64,000 nucleotides of DNA from Promethearchaeati archaeon SRVP18_Atabeyarchaeia-1 (GTDB taxonomy: Archaea; Asgardarchaeota; Atabeyarchaeia; Atabeyarchaeales; Atabeyarchaeaceae), in the NCBI GenBank assembly GCA_037308085.1, contig CP147779.1, positions 672,001 through 736,000 on the forward strand. The letters are read 5' to 3'. Position 1 is the stretch's first letter, and each line of letters opens with the position of its first letter. Under the pieces are notes generated by a model. The model saw only the letters and a program-made list of their open reading frames with translations. It had not been told where the DNA came from and searched no databases. Positions 46,852 to 56,782 of the stretch are shown here, in pieces. The translations under genes and the position numbers were made by a program.

Positions 46852-49800
46852 TTACTCCTTGTCCCTGTCTTCTTCGAGAGTTAGAAGCTGCTGTTGTGAT
46901 TCCTTCGGTCTCCCCGATTTCAGGTTGCTCCATTCTGATTCTTCAAGCGTCACCCCAACTTGCTCGTAGATGCTCTTGGCGATCTCGCGTCCGATAGTCG
47001 GTATTGAGAGAAGCTGGGAAGGCTTTGAATTCCTTAGGTCACCAACAGTCTTGAAACCGGCGTTGAACAGCATTCTCGCTCTCACCCTGCCTATCCCCTT
47101 CAAGTTCACGAGCTCAAGCAGTTCCTCCTTTACTCCTTCCACGATACGTCTTCTCAGATTCATCGCAAGCGGTAACACATCCTTCCTGCCTAGGAGTTTT
47201 GCGATCTCATAGGTTGAGTAGAGAAGCCAATCCGCTGATTCCACATATCTGAAAATATCTCCTGAGCCAACATCGAAGTTCTCGATGATGCCCTCTTCAG
47301 GGGACTCCTCCATCCATGACAATAGTAACCGAGTCGTCTTGACTTCCGAGAGGAACTGTTCATACTCCACCGGATTGCTCCAAGGATCAGGGACATCCAC
47401 AAGGAATTCGCTGACCGACTCATCCACGAAGGACTCCATCTCCTTGTAGTCCTTCCTTCTCAGGAAAATTGGCTCCATGTCAGGAGTGTGACACATCATG
47501 TGAATCACGCCGATTGCCGTCTTGATCCTGCTACTCTGTATGCTATCTCTAATGATCACAGCCGACTTCGGATCGATGTACAGTTCAGACACCCTGCTCC
47601 CAAAGGGGGTTGCCGCTAATCTTCTTCCCCTCGACTCCTTGAGCATGTTCTCGGAAACCAGAAACTCCAGGACAGTCTCAATCACACCTTCGATGTCCTT
47701 AGGATCATATTGATGACCATAGAAGGTCCTGCCGATGAAACTCAGGATTTCCTCTTGGCTGTTTGCCAGACCCATAGCTACAGACGAAAGAATGTGCGAC
47801 CTGAGGACCGACTCCTTACCAAGCTTCGACCATATCTTCTCAGGCTCCCCGTAAACGTACGTTTCAAGCAGAGTCGCCCGCTCCTCATGCCCGCGCGCAA
47901 CCAGAACAGCCTCACCAATCCTGTCATACTTCGGCCTACCCGCCCTCCCAGCCATCTGCTTATACTCCAAGACCGGGATCGGGTAATACCCAAGACCAGT
48001 CTCATACCTCCTATAATTATCAATTATCACCATTCTAGCAGGAAGATTAACGCCGGCAGAGTTGTGGACTATGAAGCCATTTGCCACAAACATATGATCG
48101 TTTTCGGGTGTGTCTGGCAAAGCCACATCATAAACGTATGAATCTTGCTTGCTATTGCCTATTCTCTTGATGAAATCCCAATAAATATCTCCTTGAAAGT
48201 CATTTGCACGCCATGTTCCACGTATTCTTTGCTCCAATCTGGTTCCACATTGTGGACAAGTTTCAGGCTTGAAGAACTCATCGATATCTCTATTCTGAGC
48301 GATATAGTTCGAGAAAATCCATTTTCCGATCGGATTAAGGCTCCAGAACCATTCGTTCTTGTCGATTGTGCCGATTCTTCTCTTACTAATTAGATGGTAA
48401 TGTTGATTGAGTCTTGTTTCGTTTTTCCTAGGTTCTCTCCCAAGAATATTTCTTATTTCTCTTGATCCTAGTTCTCCTCTTTCGCCCAAGAGTTTGATAA
48501 CCAAGAGTTTCGTTTTACCCCATTGTTTTTGGACTTTGGTTCTCCCAGTGAAAAGCGATCTGTGTATCTTGTAGCCGCACTCCCTGCAAGATACGTATAG
48601 AAGGTTAGCCTCTATTCTTGATACTAATGAGTCGATTTCTCTCTGCTTGGCTGCAACATGGAACCCGACATTTCTTCCAAAATCCACAATACAGCGCCCG
48701 TCAGCAATTATCAATTCATAACTTGGCTTGGTCGAGTATTCTTTCCCTGCGGTTTTGATTACTCTCCCTCTTCTTTTCCTGATCCAAGTGACTATCCCGA
48801 ATCTTAGAAGCAGTTTTTGAACTTGGTCAATAAGCTTTCTGGAGGTGTTAGCAAATCCTACGTTTCTTCCCTTATTGACATATCCGTCGCTATCAAACAA
48901 CCCCTGCAGTAAGCTACCTATGTTTCTCTTGCTCATTGACATGAGCTCATTGTTGATGTACTTGTGTGAGCCTACTTCTACGCCGCATCGGACTAAGAAC
49001 TCTCTGAACCACTTGTTCTTGCCGAGTATGAGTTGAGGAGTTCCGTAGAAATTCACTGTTCTTCTACAACTAATTCCGAGTCTTGAACAAGTTTCTTCGA
49101 CATAAGGAAAGATCTCGGTCTTCGTGCCGACTATAGATGGGGTGCCCTTATAGTGAACCACCCCTCTCCATGTTTCAGCGCCTGAGTAACCATCTCCCAA
49201 CATTACGCCAAGGAAATATGATAATTCAGAGGAAAAGGCTAGGTCAGGGGATTCGGATCGATTATCAATAACGAAGTCGCTGATTGATGGTTGGCTAACT
49301 CTCTCTGTTTCCAAGTTTCGTACCGTAGCTATCTTGTCGGTCTCTCTTACTTCATTGGCAGGAATAACTAGTGGTCTAGTTCCACGCTTGATTAGGATCC
49401 TATGATTAGGGGTGACCTTGATAGAGCGACCTGACACTGATGATATCTCAACTAGAGGAGATGCAGAAGGGAGTCTGCTGATTTGCGAGGCTCTCACTTC
49501 GACTAGCTTGGTTCCGTTCAAGGCGTATAGGGGGTCGGAGGCGCGTAGTTCTGAGACCTCTGTTTCAGCCATTCCGTGCCATATCTTGGTGTCAGGTGAA
49601 AGGCAGAGTGTTGGGGTTGCGCATATGATCTTGACCTTGTTTTCCCTGAAGGCGGCCTCTATGATTCTCCGTTCTTGATACCTTAGGCCTGCGTGGTGGA
49701 ATGCAACGTTCCTTGATGTGAGCTCTGAGAGCATCTCAGTGACCTTGGTGACCTCGCCTGTTCTCAGGATCGAGTTTGATACCTGTTTGAGTGCTCTCTT

Positions 49801-50631
49801 CTCGGGAAGCGATATGATCGGGGCGGTGTGTTTGGCTATTCTGGATGCAAGATTCACGGACTTCTTTCTCGTGTCGGTGAATATGAGCACTTGCCCTCCA
49901 TCTCTCACCGCCTTCAACGCCAAGTCTATCGCTGCTACTCCAATCGTGTTTCGGATCTGCCTCTTCTCGCCATCGCCGAAATAGATCGCCCCTGAATCAT
50001 ATACGCCCTCCCTGAGCTTCACAGGTCGCCACCCGCTTGTTACGAGATCGGCTTTGAGCCACTTCGCTATCTCGTCAGAGTTGCTTATTGTGGCGCTCAG
50101 CGCAAGGACCTGCGCTGATGGGTTCAGCTGCATAAGCCTTGCAAGAACAACCTCGAGTGTAGGCCCTCTCTCATTCTCATTAATCAGGTGAACCTCGTCT
50201 GCAACTATCGTCGTCAGGCTACCCATCCAGTCAGCATGGTGGCGAATCAGCGAATCAACCTTCTCCGTCGTGGACACCACGAGATCAAAGTTGCGCAACC
50301 ACTGGTCCGAGCTATCCAGATCGCCGGTGGACTGCACAACCCGGACACCGATCTTCTCGTACTTCTTGAACTCCCTGTTCTTCTCGTCTGCCAGAGCCTT
50401 GAGCGGAACGAGGTAGATGGCCTTACCACCCGACTCCAATATCGATTTGACCATGCACAATTCTGCGACAAGCGTCTTACCCGACGCCGTAGGAACCGCT
50501 AGAACAAGGTTCTTACCTTCAAGAACCCCTTTCCTGATCGCATCTTCCTGAGGCGGATAGAGGTCCACATAACCCTCCTTCTCCAAGATGGCTTTGACTG
50601 ACTCGGGTACTGCTAGCTCACTGATCTTCAA
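46852..50631 (-). CDS. hel308: Ski2-like helicase Hel308/Hjm containing one intein
   Basis: PTASGKT, DEVH, LSAT, FHHAGL, ATPTL|intein|SAGVNLP, QMAGRAGR, C-terminal HhH. Confidence 0.93.
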   Translation of the reverse strand: MKISELAVPESVKAILEKEGYVDLYPPQEDAIRKGVLEGKNLVLAVPTASGKTLVAELCMVKSILESGGKAIYLVPLKALADEKNREFKKYEKIGVRVVQSTGDLDSSDQWLRNFDLVVSTTEKVDSLIRHHADWMGSLTTIVADEVHLINENERGPTLEVVLARLMQLNPSAQVLALSATISNSDEIAKWLKADLVTSGWRPVKLREGVYDSGAIYFGDGEKRQIRNTIGVAAIDLALKAVRDGGQVLIFTDTRKKSVNLASRIAKHTAPIISLPEKRALKQVSNSILRTGEVTKVTEMLSELTSRNVAFHHAGLRYQERRIIEAAFRENKVKIICATPTLCLSPDTKIWHGMAETEVSELRASDPLYALNGTKLVEVRASQISRLPSASPLVEISSVSGRSIKVTPNHRILIKRGTRPLVIPANEVRETDKIATVRNLETERVSQPSISDFVIDNRSESPDLAFSSELSYFLGVMLGDGYSGAETWRGVVHYKGTPSIVGTKTEIFPYVEETCSRLGISCRRTVNFYGTPQLILGKNKWFREFLVRCGVEVGSHKYINNELMSMSKRNIGSLLQGLFDSDGYVNKGRNVGFANTSRKLIDQVQKLLLRFGIVTWIRKRRGRVIKTAGKEYSTKPSYELIIADGRCIVDFGRNVGFHVAAKQREIDSLVSRIEANLLYVSCRECGYKIHRSLFTGRTKVQKQWGKTKLLVIKLLGERGELGSREIRNILGREPRKNETRLNQHYHLISKRRIGTIDKNEWFWSLNPIGKWIFSNYIAQNRDIDEFFKPETCPQCGTRLEQRIRGTWRANDFQGDIYWDFIKRIGNSKQDSYVYDVALPDTPENDHMFVANGFIVHNSAGVNLPARMVIIDNYRRYETGLGYYPIPVLEYKQMAGRAGRPKYDRIGEAVLVARGHEERATLLETYVYGEPEKIWSKLGKESVLRSHILSSVAMGLANSQEEILSFIGRTFYGHQYDPKDIEGVIETVLEFLVSENMLKESRGRRLAATPFGSRVSELYIDPKSAVIIRDSIQSSRIKTAIGVIHMMCHTPDMEPIFLRRKDYKEMESFVDESVSEFLVDVPDPWSNPVEYEQFLSEVKTTRLLLSWMEESPEEGIIENFDVGSGDIFRYVESADWLLYSTYEIAKLLGRKDVLPLAMNLRRRIVEGVKEELLELVNLKGIGRVRARMLFNAGFKTVGDLRNSKPSQLLSIPTIGREIAKSIYEQVGVTLEESEWSNLKSGRPKESQQQLLTLEEDRDKE
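48061..49605 (-). mobile_element. Intein (515 aa) with LAGLIDADG homing endonuclease, in Hel308 motif V
   Basis: Starts CLSPDT, block B VTPNH, LGVMLGDG and LQGLFDSDG motifs, ends IVHN followed by S. Confidence 0.93.
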
Positions 50632-50675
50632 GAGTGTCGCTGACCTCTAACAAAACCTTCAGTGGCTCGGATTAC

Positions 50676-53600
50676 TCAGGCCTTCTTCACGATCCCCTGC
50701 CTTGGCTCAAAGAGCACGCCCTCCTTGACCAACTTATTGATGGCATCCAATGCAAACTGCTTCTCTATCCCCTGAGCCGCGGCCGCTGCAACGATCTTAT
50801 CCACTTGCACGAATCCCTCCTTCGCCCCCTCCCCCAACTCGCGAACCAAAGTGATTATAAGATCAAACCTCTCACGCTGCGACTTCGTCTTCCCCACCAT
50901 GATCGTGTCAATATCAGCCCGCATGGTCTCCCTATCTATCCCCACCATCTTCAGCGAAGTAGTCATAAGGCGGATCACAGCCTCAGCGTCATCCACAGTA
51001 ATCTCCCGCTTCAATGCCATCTTCGCCCTAGACTCAGCCAACCTAACAAGAGCCTCAAGCTGCCTAGCCGTAATCGGCACAGGAGACTCAGGGTTCTCAC
51101 CCATAGCACGAGTCTCCAAGTAGAACTCCTCTATCTTCTTGGCGGCCTCATCAGTCAGCACCGGAGGCACATTCTTCTTAGCATAACTAATATACTTCCT
51201 CAAAAGCAAAGGAGCAATAGGAGCCTCATTACCAGTCGCCTTCGACGAATGCAAAGAAATCACATGCTCCGCCATCTTCCTATCCCTCTCAGACTCAGGC
51301 TTATCCACCATCACGAAAATCAAGTCAAACCTAGAAAGAACCGTAACCGGCAAATTGATGTTCTCAGCAGGATTCTTAAAACTATTATACCTACCCAGCG
51401 CCGGATTCGCAGCCGCGAGAATAGCAGTCCGAGCATTAAGCGTCGCAACAATCCCCGCCTTAGCAATCGAAATAGTGTTATGAAGCACAAGCCCGTGACT
51501 GATAAAGCAGTGATCAGGCTCTACCGTTACATCGTAAACGTATGGGCAAGACCATTTTCCTGTGTTTCTTACCTCCTCATTCCTCCTAACGCGAAGCAGA
51601 CAAATATCGCTTTGGAGCAATGCGTCAATCGCATTGATCTCCGGTTCAATAGCTGCGAGAGTCTTGCGTGCTGATTCTGTGATTGCCTCAGCCAGTTTTT
51701 TGCGGTACTCCTGCGTGTACCCTTCGTGCTCTGCATGGTATATGCGGAACTCGGTGACCCCGATCTTTCGAGCGGCAGTCACCTGAGACCAGCGGAGGAT
51801 GTTTCTTGCACTCCTAACATCTTCCGGAGCGGGATCGAGCGATTCCTTGGTCTTCAGGTATGCCTCCCTGACCTCGCCTAAGCAGGACTCAAGTAATGTG
51901 CGCGTGATGCCGTGCCCTTTCTTGGCAGCAGTCGACAAGACACCTCGGTAGGGGCGACTCAACTCCTGATATAGCTTCTTCACCCGGTCGCCGACCCCTG
52001 GCGGAAAGACATCATGGTCATAGTTAGATGCCTCAGATCGGGCCACAAGCCTGGCTATCCTTTCCTTTCGAGCGTCCCAAGGTTCAATGATAGTTCTAAA
52101 GAAGAGCGGAAGACTACTGCCGCAGATGTATACTTTGAAAGAGTCGTTATGAATATCCCGAACAATTCGGCTCTGAATGCCTGCGCACAACAGCAGATCC
52201 TGATAATCGCAGGCAAGTCCATTCGAAGCTGTCCGATAACATATGCTATCAGTTTCGACACTTCCGTCTCCCAGAAAAGCGGATTGCAGAAAGTTCAAAA
52301 CAACTTGCCTCCCAGAGGTAAACAGCTGAGGGGGAAGTCTCTTGTCGCGGGAGAGAGCTAGAACTTCTCGGAAATTGGATCTAAGCAAATCGCGTATTTG
52401 TGCAGATATATAGCGGATCTCCCTCCTCTTTTCATCATATTCTGGAGGGTCTAATCCAAAGACTTGTTTCATCAGTGTAGTGATGTCGTCTAGGATCTCA
52501 GGTGACGTATTCGAGAAACCAAACTCTGCGGACGAGCCAAAGTGGCTGAACCCCTCCGTAACAAAGTATCCCAAGATACGGGCTAACTGAGGTATCATAC
52601 GCTCTGGCAGAAGAACTGGTTTTGCATTGAAATGGACAGAGTACGGAGCGGCAAGGACAGCCCCCGGATTATGCCCGCTTGGCATCAGACGAAAGGCAGG
52701 CACAAAATCCCCGACTTCGAGCTCCGCAGCCTGCACAGTATACGACTTGTAACCGTCATAGAGAAACATCGGATGCTCGGGTGTGACAACAACCTCACGC
52801 CCATTGCTGAACCTAATCCTACGGAAACGGTCAGGAGCTCGATGCCGACTCACACGGTCTATTCGGACAGACCGAACATTACGGAGGTCAGACGTAAGGA
52901 TCTCCACACCCCGAGATCGCACATCCAAGATCTCACAATTGACTCCTTTGACCACCTCGCCTCGGCTAGCCACAAAAAGTGAGTCAACCAACTCACCAAT
53001 CGGAGTACGTACGCCATTCGCAAGTGCCACCTCCACCACGCGGTGGTACGATTGTTGCTCCATCGCTTGATGTATTGCAACCCTGTCTTGCGGATTCATT
53101 TTGTCAAACTCGTCCACCGCGGCGATGCCCCGATCTGCGAGCACAAGCGCACCGGCTTCCAAGGTCATGTCCCCGGTGTCCGCATCGCGGAGGACCGCCG
53201 CCGTGAGGCCCGCTGCTGTGGAACCCTTCCCCGAGGTGTAAAGACCTCTGGGTGCCAGCCCCGCCGTATACATTAAGAGCTGGCTGTTATGTACTATGAG
53301 GTTCCCTTCAGCGAGGATGAAATGTCCGTTTGAGGTTCCGATGTCATATACAGTTGTTTGCTCGTTCAGAAGGTCAACTTTGGTGACTTGGTCCCAGAAG
53401 ATGTCGGATTCGGCTAGTGTTTCTAGCCAGTCAAGGCAAGGAGATGCGTCGCTATCGTTCTTATCCGGGTCTAATCGTGAGATCACATTTTGCAGGTAAA
53501 CTCGACCTACGTGCTGTCTCTTTTTCTTACCTCTCAGTTCCGCTATGAAGTTCCTAGTCCAGGAATCGCGCTTACTTGTCATTCCCAGTTCTCGTGCGGC

Positions 53601-55928
53601 GCGTACCAACATTGAGCCATAGTTTGGTACTATGTCACGGGACTGGTAGCGTTTCCGAGTGCGCATGCGCTTTACGATTGATTCCAGTTTGTCTTGCTTG
53701 TTGGTTGATACAAGTCTAACCTGTTTGTGGAATGTCAGGAGGTCGGTGCCCTGTATCCTCACATGGTAGTATATGTAACCTTTGTATGGTTCCTTAGTCA
53801 CAGTGGTCTTGAAGATGCTAGCAAAGATGCCCAATGTTGCCAGTAGATCGCTCAATTGGTACGCAAGGGTTCGGCTTTTCGTTGTGCATTGTACCGCCGA
53901 TCCCTTCATGTCAATCGTTCCGTCTCCGGAGAAACAACCAGAGAGTAGTGAAAGGCGCAGAGGGTAAGGTGCAGTGAAGAATTCAGTTGGAATCTGTTTA
54001 TTTTCTGCTCCCGTTCCGAATTTCCGTTCAAACCAGGTGGCTAAGCTTGACTGGCATAGCAGGATAGAATCGTCAGTCGCTGAGAATTTACCGAAGACTG
54101 TTTCAAGATCACTCTTTAGGGAGCTTCTGATCGAATCATTACAGGCGGAAAAACGCACCGTGGTTCCTTCTACGTTGCCTTCGGCGAGATACAAGCCGAC
54201 GATTCGGCCCAATGCTGGTCCGAGTTGCAGCCATCTTGGGAACCACGTGGTGTCTCTTTTTCTGCGGAGCCATGTGCCTTTCGGGATCGAAGCGTTTCCG
54301 TTGACGATTCCGCACATCGTGTTGGCTGATATATTGCATATGGTAGCCGCTGCTCTGGCACTAACGAGATTTGACTGAATGAGGACAAGTTGTGTGTTGA
54401 TTTCCTCAGCGCTTACCAAATCTGTTTCTGGGAACTCTTCGGCTAGATCTATGAAGGGTGATCCTTCCTCTACGTCAACCTGGCGCGCTACTGGAAGGTA
54501 TGTGCCTGGGCGGAGATCTTGACCAACGATCACCTGCAACTTGCCGTCAATAATCGTTGTAAAAGAGTGATCTGGGGTAGCTAGTACCGTTCGCCCTGAT
54601 CTGGTGTGAATGCGGATTAGTCGGTCGGTTCTGTGGCGGCTAACCTCACAGATGAGTGATGACCTAGTCTTCAGGGAGAGTGGATCCATTGTCTGAGTAA
54701 ATATGGTAGCTGGGTCTCCGAGTGGAAGGATCTCTGAATCTCCTCGAAAGACCATCTCATCTCGGTGTGCTGACATCAAGCCATCGACAAGAGATCCTAT
54801 TGACTCTCTATTCCATCGCAAGGTTGAACCGCATTCTCTTCCTACATAGACCTTTTCCGTACCGTGCACGCTCTTTGCAGTTCCTGGATCCCCTATGAGG
54901 AGTACGTTTATTTCTCCTCGGATCTTGACTCCGTCTGGGAGGGTTTTTGGTACTCCTCCGAATAGGGCGAGGGCTATGGCTTCTTTGACGTCTTCGAGGC
55001 CGTAGATGGATGGGGCGATTGATTTTATTATTTTCTGGTGGATCCACTCGTCTTTGGCGAGTTCGATTATGAAGCGTTCTTCTTCTGGTGTGATCTCGAC
55101 TTTCTCGCTTTCCTTGTCCATTGTGTCGACGTAGTTTGAGTCGATGTAGGTTCTGAAGGTGGTTAGGCGGCCTCGTTTCGGGGCGAAGTCCTGTAGGGAC
55201 ATTAGTGCTCCGGTTATTGCTACGCGGTCGCCGGGTCTTGCGATGTCGACGAGGTCGTCCTTTATGATGGCGTCTAGGGATCTTGGCATCTGTCCTGGGG
55301 GGAGTTCCTCTGGCATCTCCTGTATTCTTATTTTTTGCCAGTCTACGAACTTGGAGTCTTCGACTATTAGGTTGAAGGGTCCTTCTCGTTTGCATGCGGG
55401 GCAGGTGACGGGAGGCAGGTACCTTCCCTCAAACTGCTCGACGGTTATCTTGTTGCCGCAGCTGCACTCGAATAGGGCTACGAGGAGTTGGGGCTTGACT
55501 TCGCTAACTCTTGTGATGATGCCGTCAACCATGATTAGTTTGCCAATGTGGTTCGCCCGGATCATGCGAAGCTTGACTTTTCCGGTCGTTACGTTCCTGA
55601 ACCTTGCTTTGAATTCGTGTCCGGATTCGGTAATCTTGGTGACGTAGTCGCGGTCCTCGAGTTCGACTATGGTTTTGACTGAGTCGGAGGCTGCTTTGAC
55701 GCAGTCTTCAGGATCATCGATTATCTGCCTGGCAAGCTGAGGGTCGAAGTCGAGGAGCTCATTGTAATCAATTATGACTGATCTTTCCCCGGTTACTGGA
55801 AGCCTCTGGATCGTCTCACGGTATTTCAGTGACCCAGACTCGGTGCGGAATGACTTTAGGAAGTTCTGGAATCGCTGGAACAAGTCCGCTTGTTCATCAG
55901 TGATGTCTGCGGCACTCTCATTAGCCAT
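50676..55928 (-). CDS. mcm: MCM replicative helicase containing two inteins (about 696 aa after splicing)
   Basis: Zn finger, GDPGTAK|intein|SQLL, VDEFDKM, AMEQQ|intein|TISIAKAG, SRFD, ARQLE. Confidence 0.95.
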   Translation of the reverse strand: MANESAADITDEQADLFQRFQNFLKSFRTESGSLKYRETIQRLPVTGERSVIIDYNELLDFDPQLARQIIDDPEDCVKAASDSVKTIVELEDRDYVTKITESGHEFKARFRNVTTGKVKLRMIRANHIGKLIMVDGIITRVSEVKPQLLVALFECSCGNKITVEQFEGRYLPPVTCPACKREGPFNLIVEDSKFVDWQKIRIQEMPEELPPGQMPRSLDAIIKDDLVDIARPGDRVAITGALMSLQDFAPKRGRLTTFRTYIDSNYVDTMDKESEKVEITPEEERFIIELAKDEWIHQKIIKSIAPSIYGLEDVKEAIALALFGGVPKTLPDGVKIRGEINVLLIGDPGTAKSVHGTEKVYVGRECGSTLRWNRESIGSLVDGLMSAHRDEMVFRGDSEILPLGDPATIFTQTMDPLSLKTRSSLICEVSRHRTDRLIRIHTRSGRTVLATPDHSFTTIIDGKLQVIVGQDLRPGTYLPVARQVDVEEGSPFIDLAEEFPETDLVSAEEINTQLVLIQSNLVSARAAATICNISANTMCGIVNGNASIPKGTWLRRKRDTTWFPRWLQLGPALGRIVGLYLAEGNVEGTTVRFSACNDSIRSSLKSDLETVFGKFSATDDSILLCQSSLATWFERKFGTGAENKQIPTEFFTAPYPLRLSLLSGCFSGDGTIDMKGSAVQCTTKSRTLAYQLSDLLATLGIFASIFKTTVTKEPYKGYIYYHVRIQGTDLLTFHKQVRLVSTNKQDKLESIVKRMRTRKRYQSRDIVPNYGSMLVRAARELGMTSKRDSWTRNFIAELRGKKKRQHVGRVYLQNVISRLDPDKNDSDASPCLDWLETLAESDIFWDQVTKVDLLNEQTTVYDIGTSNGHFILAEGNLIVHNSQLLMYTAGLAPRGLYTSGKGSTAAGLTAAVLRDADTGDMTLEAGALVLADRGIAAVDEFDKMNPQDRVAIHQAMEQQSYHRVVEVALANGVRTPIGELVDSLFVASRGEVVKGVNCEILDVRSRGVEILTSDLRNVRSVRIDRVSRHRAPDRFRRIRFSNGREVVVTPEHPMFLYDGYKSYTVQAAELEVGDFVPAFRLMPSGHNPGAVLAAPYSVHFNAKPVLLPERMIPQLARILGYFVTEGFSHFGSSAEFGFSNTSPEILDDITTLMKQVFGLDPPEYDEKRREIRYISAQIRDLLRSNFREVLALSRDKRLPPQLFTSGRQVVLNFLQSAFLGDGSVETDSICYRTASNGLACDYQDLLLCAGIQSRIVRDIHNDSFKVYICGSSLPLFFRTIIEPWDARKERIARLVARSEASNYDHDVFPPGVGDRVKKLYQELSRPYRGVLSTAAKKGHGITRTLLESCLGEVREAYLKTKESLDPAPEDVRSARNILRWSQVTAARKIGVTEFRIYHAEHEGYTQEYRKKLAEAITESARKTLAAIEPEINAIDALLQSDICLLRVRRNEEVRNTGKWSCPYVYDVTVEPDHCFISHGLVLHNTISIAKAGIVATLNARTAILAAANPALGRYNSFKNPAENINLPVTVLSRFDLIFVMVDKPESERDRKMAEHVISLHSSKATGNEAPIAPLLLRKYISYAKKNVPPVLTDEAAKKIEEFYLETRAMGENPESPVPITARQLEALVRLAESRAKMALKREITVDDAEAVIRLMTTSLKMVGIDRETMRADIDTIMVGKTKSQRERFDLIITLVRELGEGAKEGFVQVDKIVAAAAAQGIEKQFALDAINKLVKEGVLFEPRQGIVKKA
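51477..53051 (-). mobile_element. MCM intein 2 (525 aa, Ser-initiated, LAGLIDADG), after AMEQQ
   Basis: SYHRV..., VTPEHP, LGYFVTEG, FLQSAFLGDG, ends VLHN followed by T. Confidence 0.92.
53286..54872 (-). mobile_element. MCM intein 1 (529 aa, Ser-initiated, LAGLIDADG), in Walker A
   Basis: SVHGTEK..., ATPDHS, VGLYLAEG, LLSGCFSGDG, ends IVHN followed by S. Confidence 0.92.
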
Positions 55929-55939
55929 TACTGGTCACC

Positions 55940-56521
55940 TTACCTTTGGAGTATTCCTTTCTCCCAGCCCCTCAGCAACTTGGCCAAGCGCTGGTAGAGC
56001 CACGCTTCCTCACCTGTCATCAGGTTTGAGGTTCCAAGTGCATCGCCGCCTCGCAACGATATTTTTACAATCTTGGATATGCGGACGGATACGAGATCCC
56101 TTAGAAGCGTTTCAAACTGAGCAAGTCTCCTGACGCTATCGAGGTCGCGAGCAGCGTTACTGACTTTCTCCTGGAAGGATTTTGCGAGTTCCTTAGCAAG
56201 CACGTAGAAGTCTTCGGGTAGTTTCTGAAGTGGGGTCTCCAGTTGTTCCTTCCAGAGGATGTTTTCAAAGTCCTTGTAAGCTAGTTTCTGCTCTTCCCTC
56301 ATCACTCCTGCATTTGCTTTGGCGAGAGCCTCTGCCGCCCAAAGTGGGAGAGTGACGTCTTGGCCTTTTGCGACTGAGGCCAGATCCTTTCCCGCAATCA
56401 CTAGGTCTTCCAGAGGTTTCGTTATGGTCAGTTTTACCTGCTTGTTATTTCTCTCAAATTCGTAAGATTCTGGGTTGAACTCAAGATCGTCCACGATTAG
56501 CACCGATCTTCTATTAGACAA
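55940..56521 (-). CDS. GINS complex subunit, Gins23 (Psf2/Psf3-like)
   Basis: LPLWAAEAL, LQKLPEDFY, RISKIVK, NLMTGEE; lies directly upstream of mcm. Confidence 0.85.
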   Translation of the reverse strand: MSNRRSVLIVDDLEFNPESYEFERNNKQVKLTITKPLEDLVIAGKDLASVAKGQDVTLPLWAAEALAKANAGVMREEQKLAYKDFENILWKEQLETPLQKLPEDFYVLAKELAKSFQEKVSNAARDLDSVRRLAQFETLLRDLVSVRISKIVKISLRGGDALGTSNLMTGEEAWLYQRLAKLLRGWEKGILQR

Positions 56522-56782
56522 GGGCGCTTCTTAAATGTTCCATTCGAGTTCCGCTTGGAAGATCCAAGATTCGGTCTGCACGCGTAGTGCTCTGGGCAAT
56601 CGGATGTCATCTAGAATGACGATAGGCGATGGTGAGTGACAGTCCTAGTCCTGAGTTCGACTTCAATCGATCTTGAGTCTGGGTTCCTCAGGAATCGGAA
56701 CTGGAAGTGGGTTTAGTATTCCAGTTCGTAGGCTATAGTCTTATTAGTTTCTATCACCTTGCGGGGTAGTTGACAGCTCGCC

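Noticed and set aside
50634-51674. 346-aa ORF antisense to the mcm C-terminus (and the 195-aa alternate-frame ORF 54808-55395)
   Set aside because: These are by-products of the third-position skew, which removes stop codons from the shadow frames; the composition is not protein-like.
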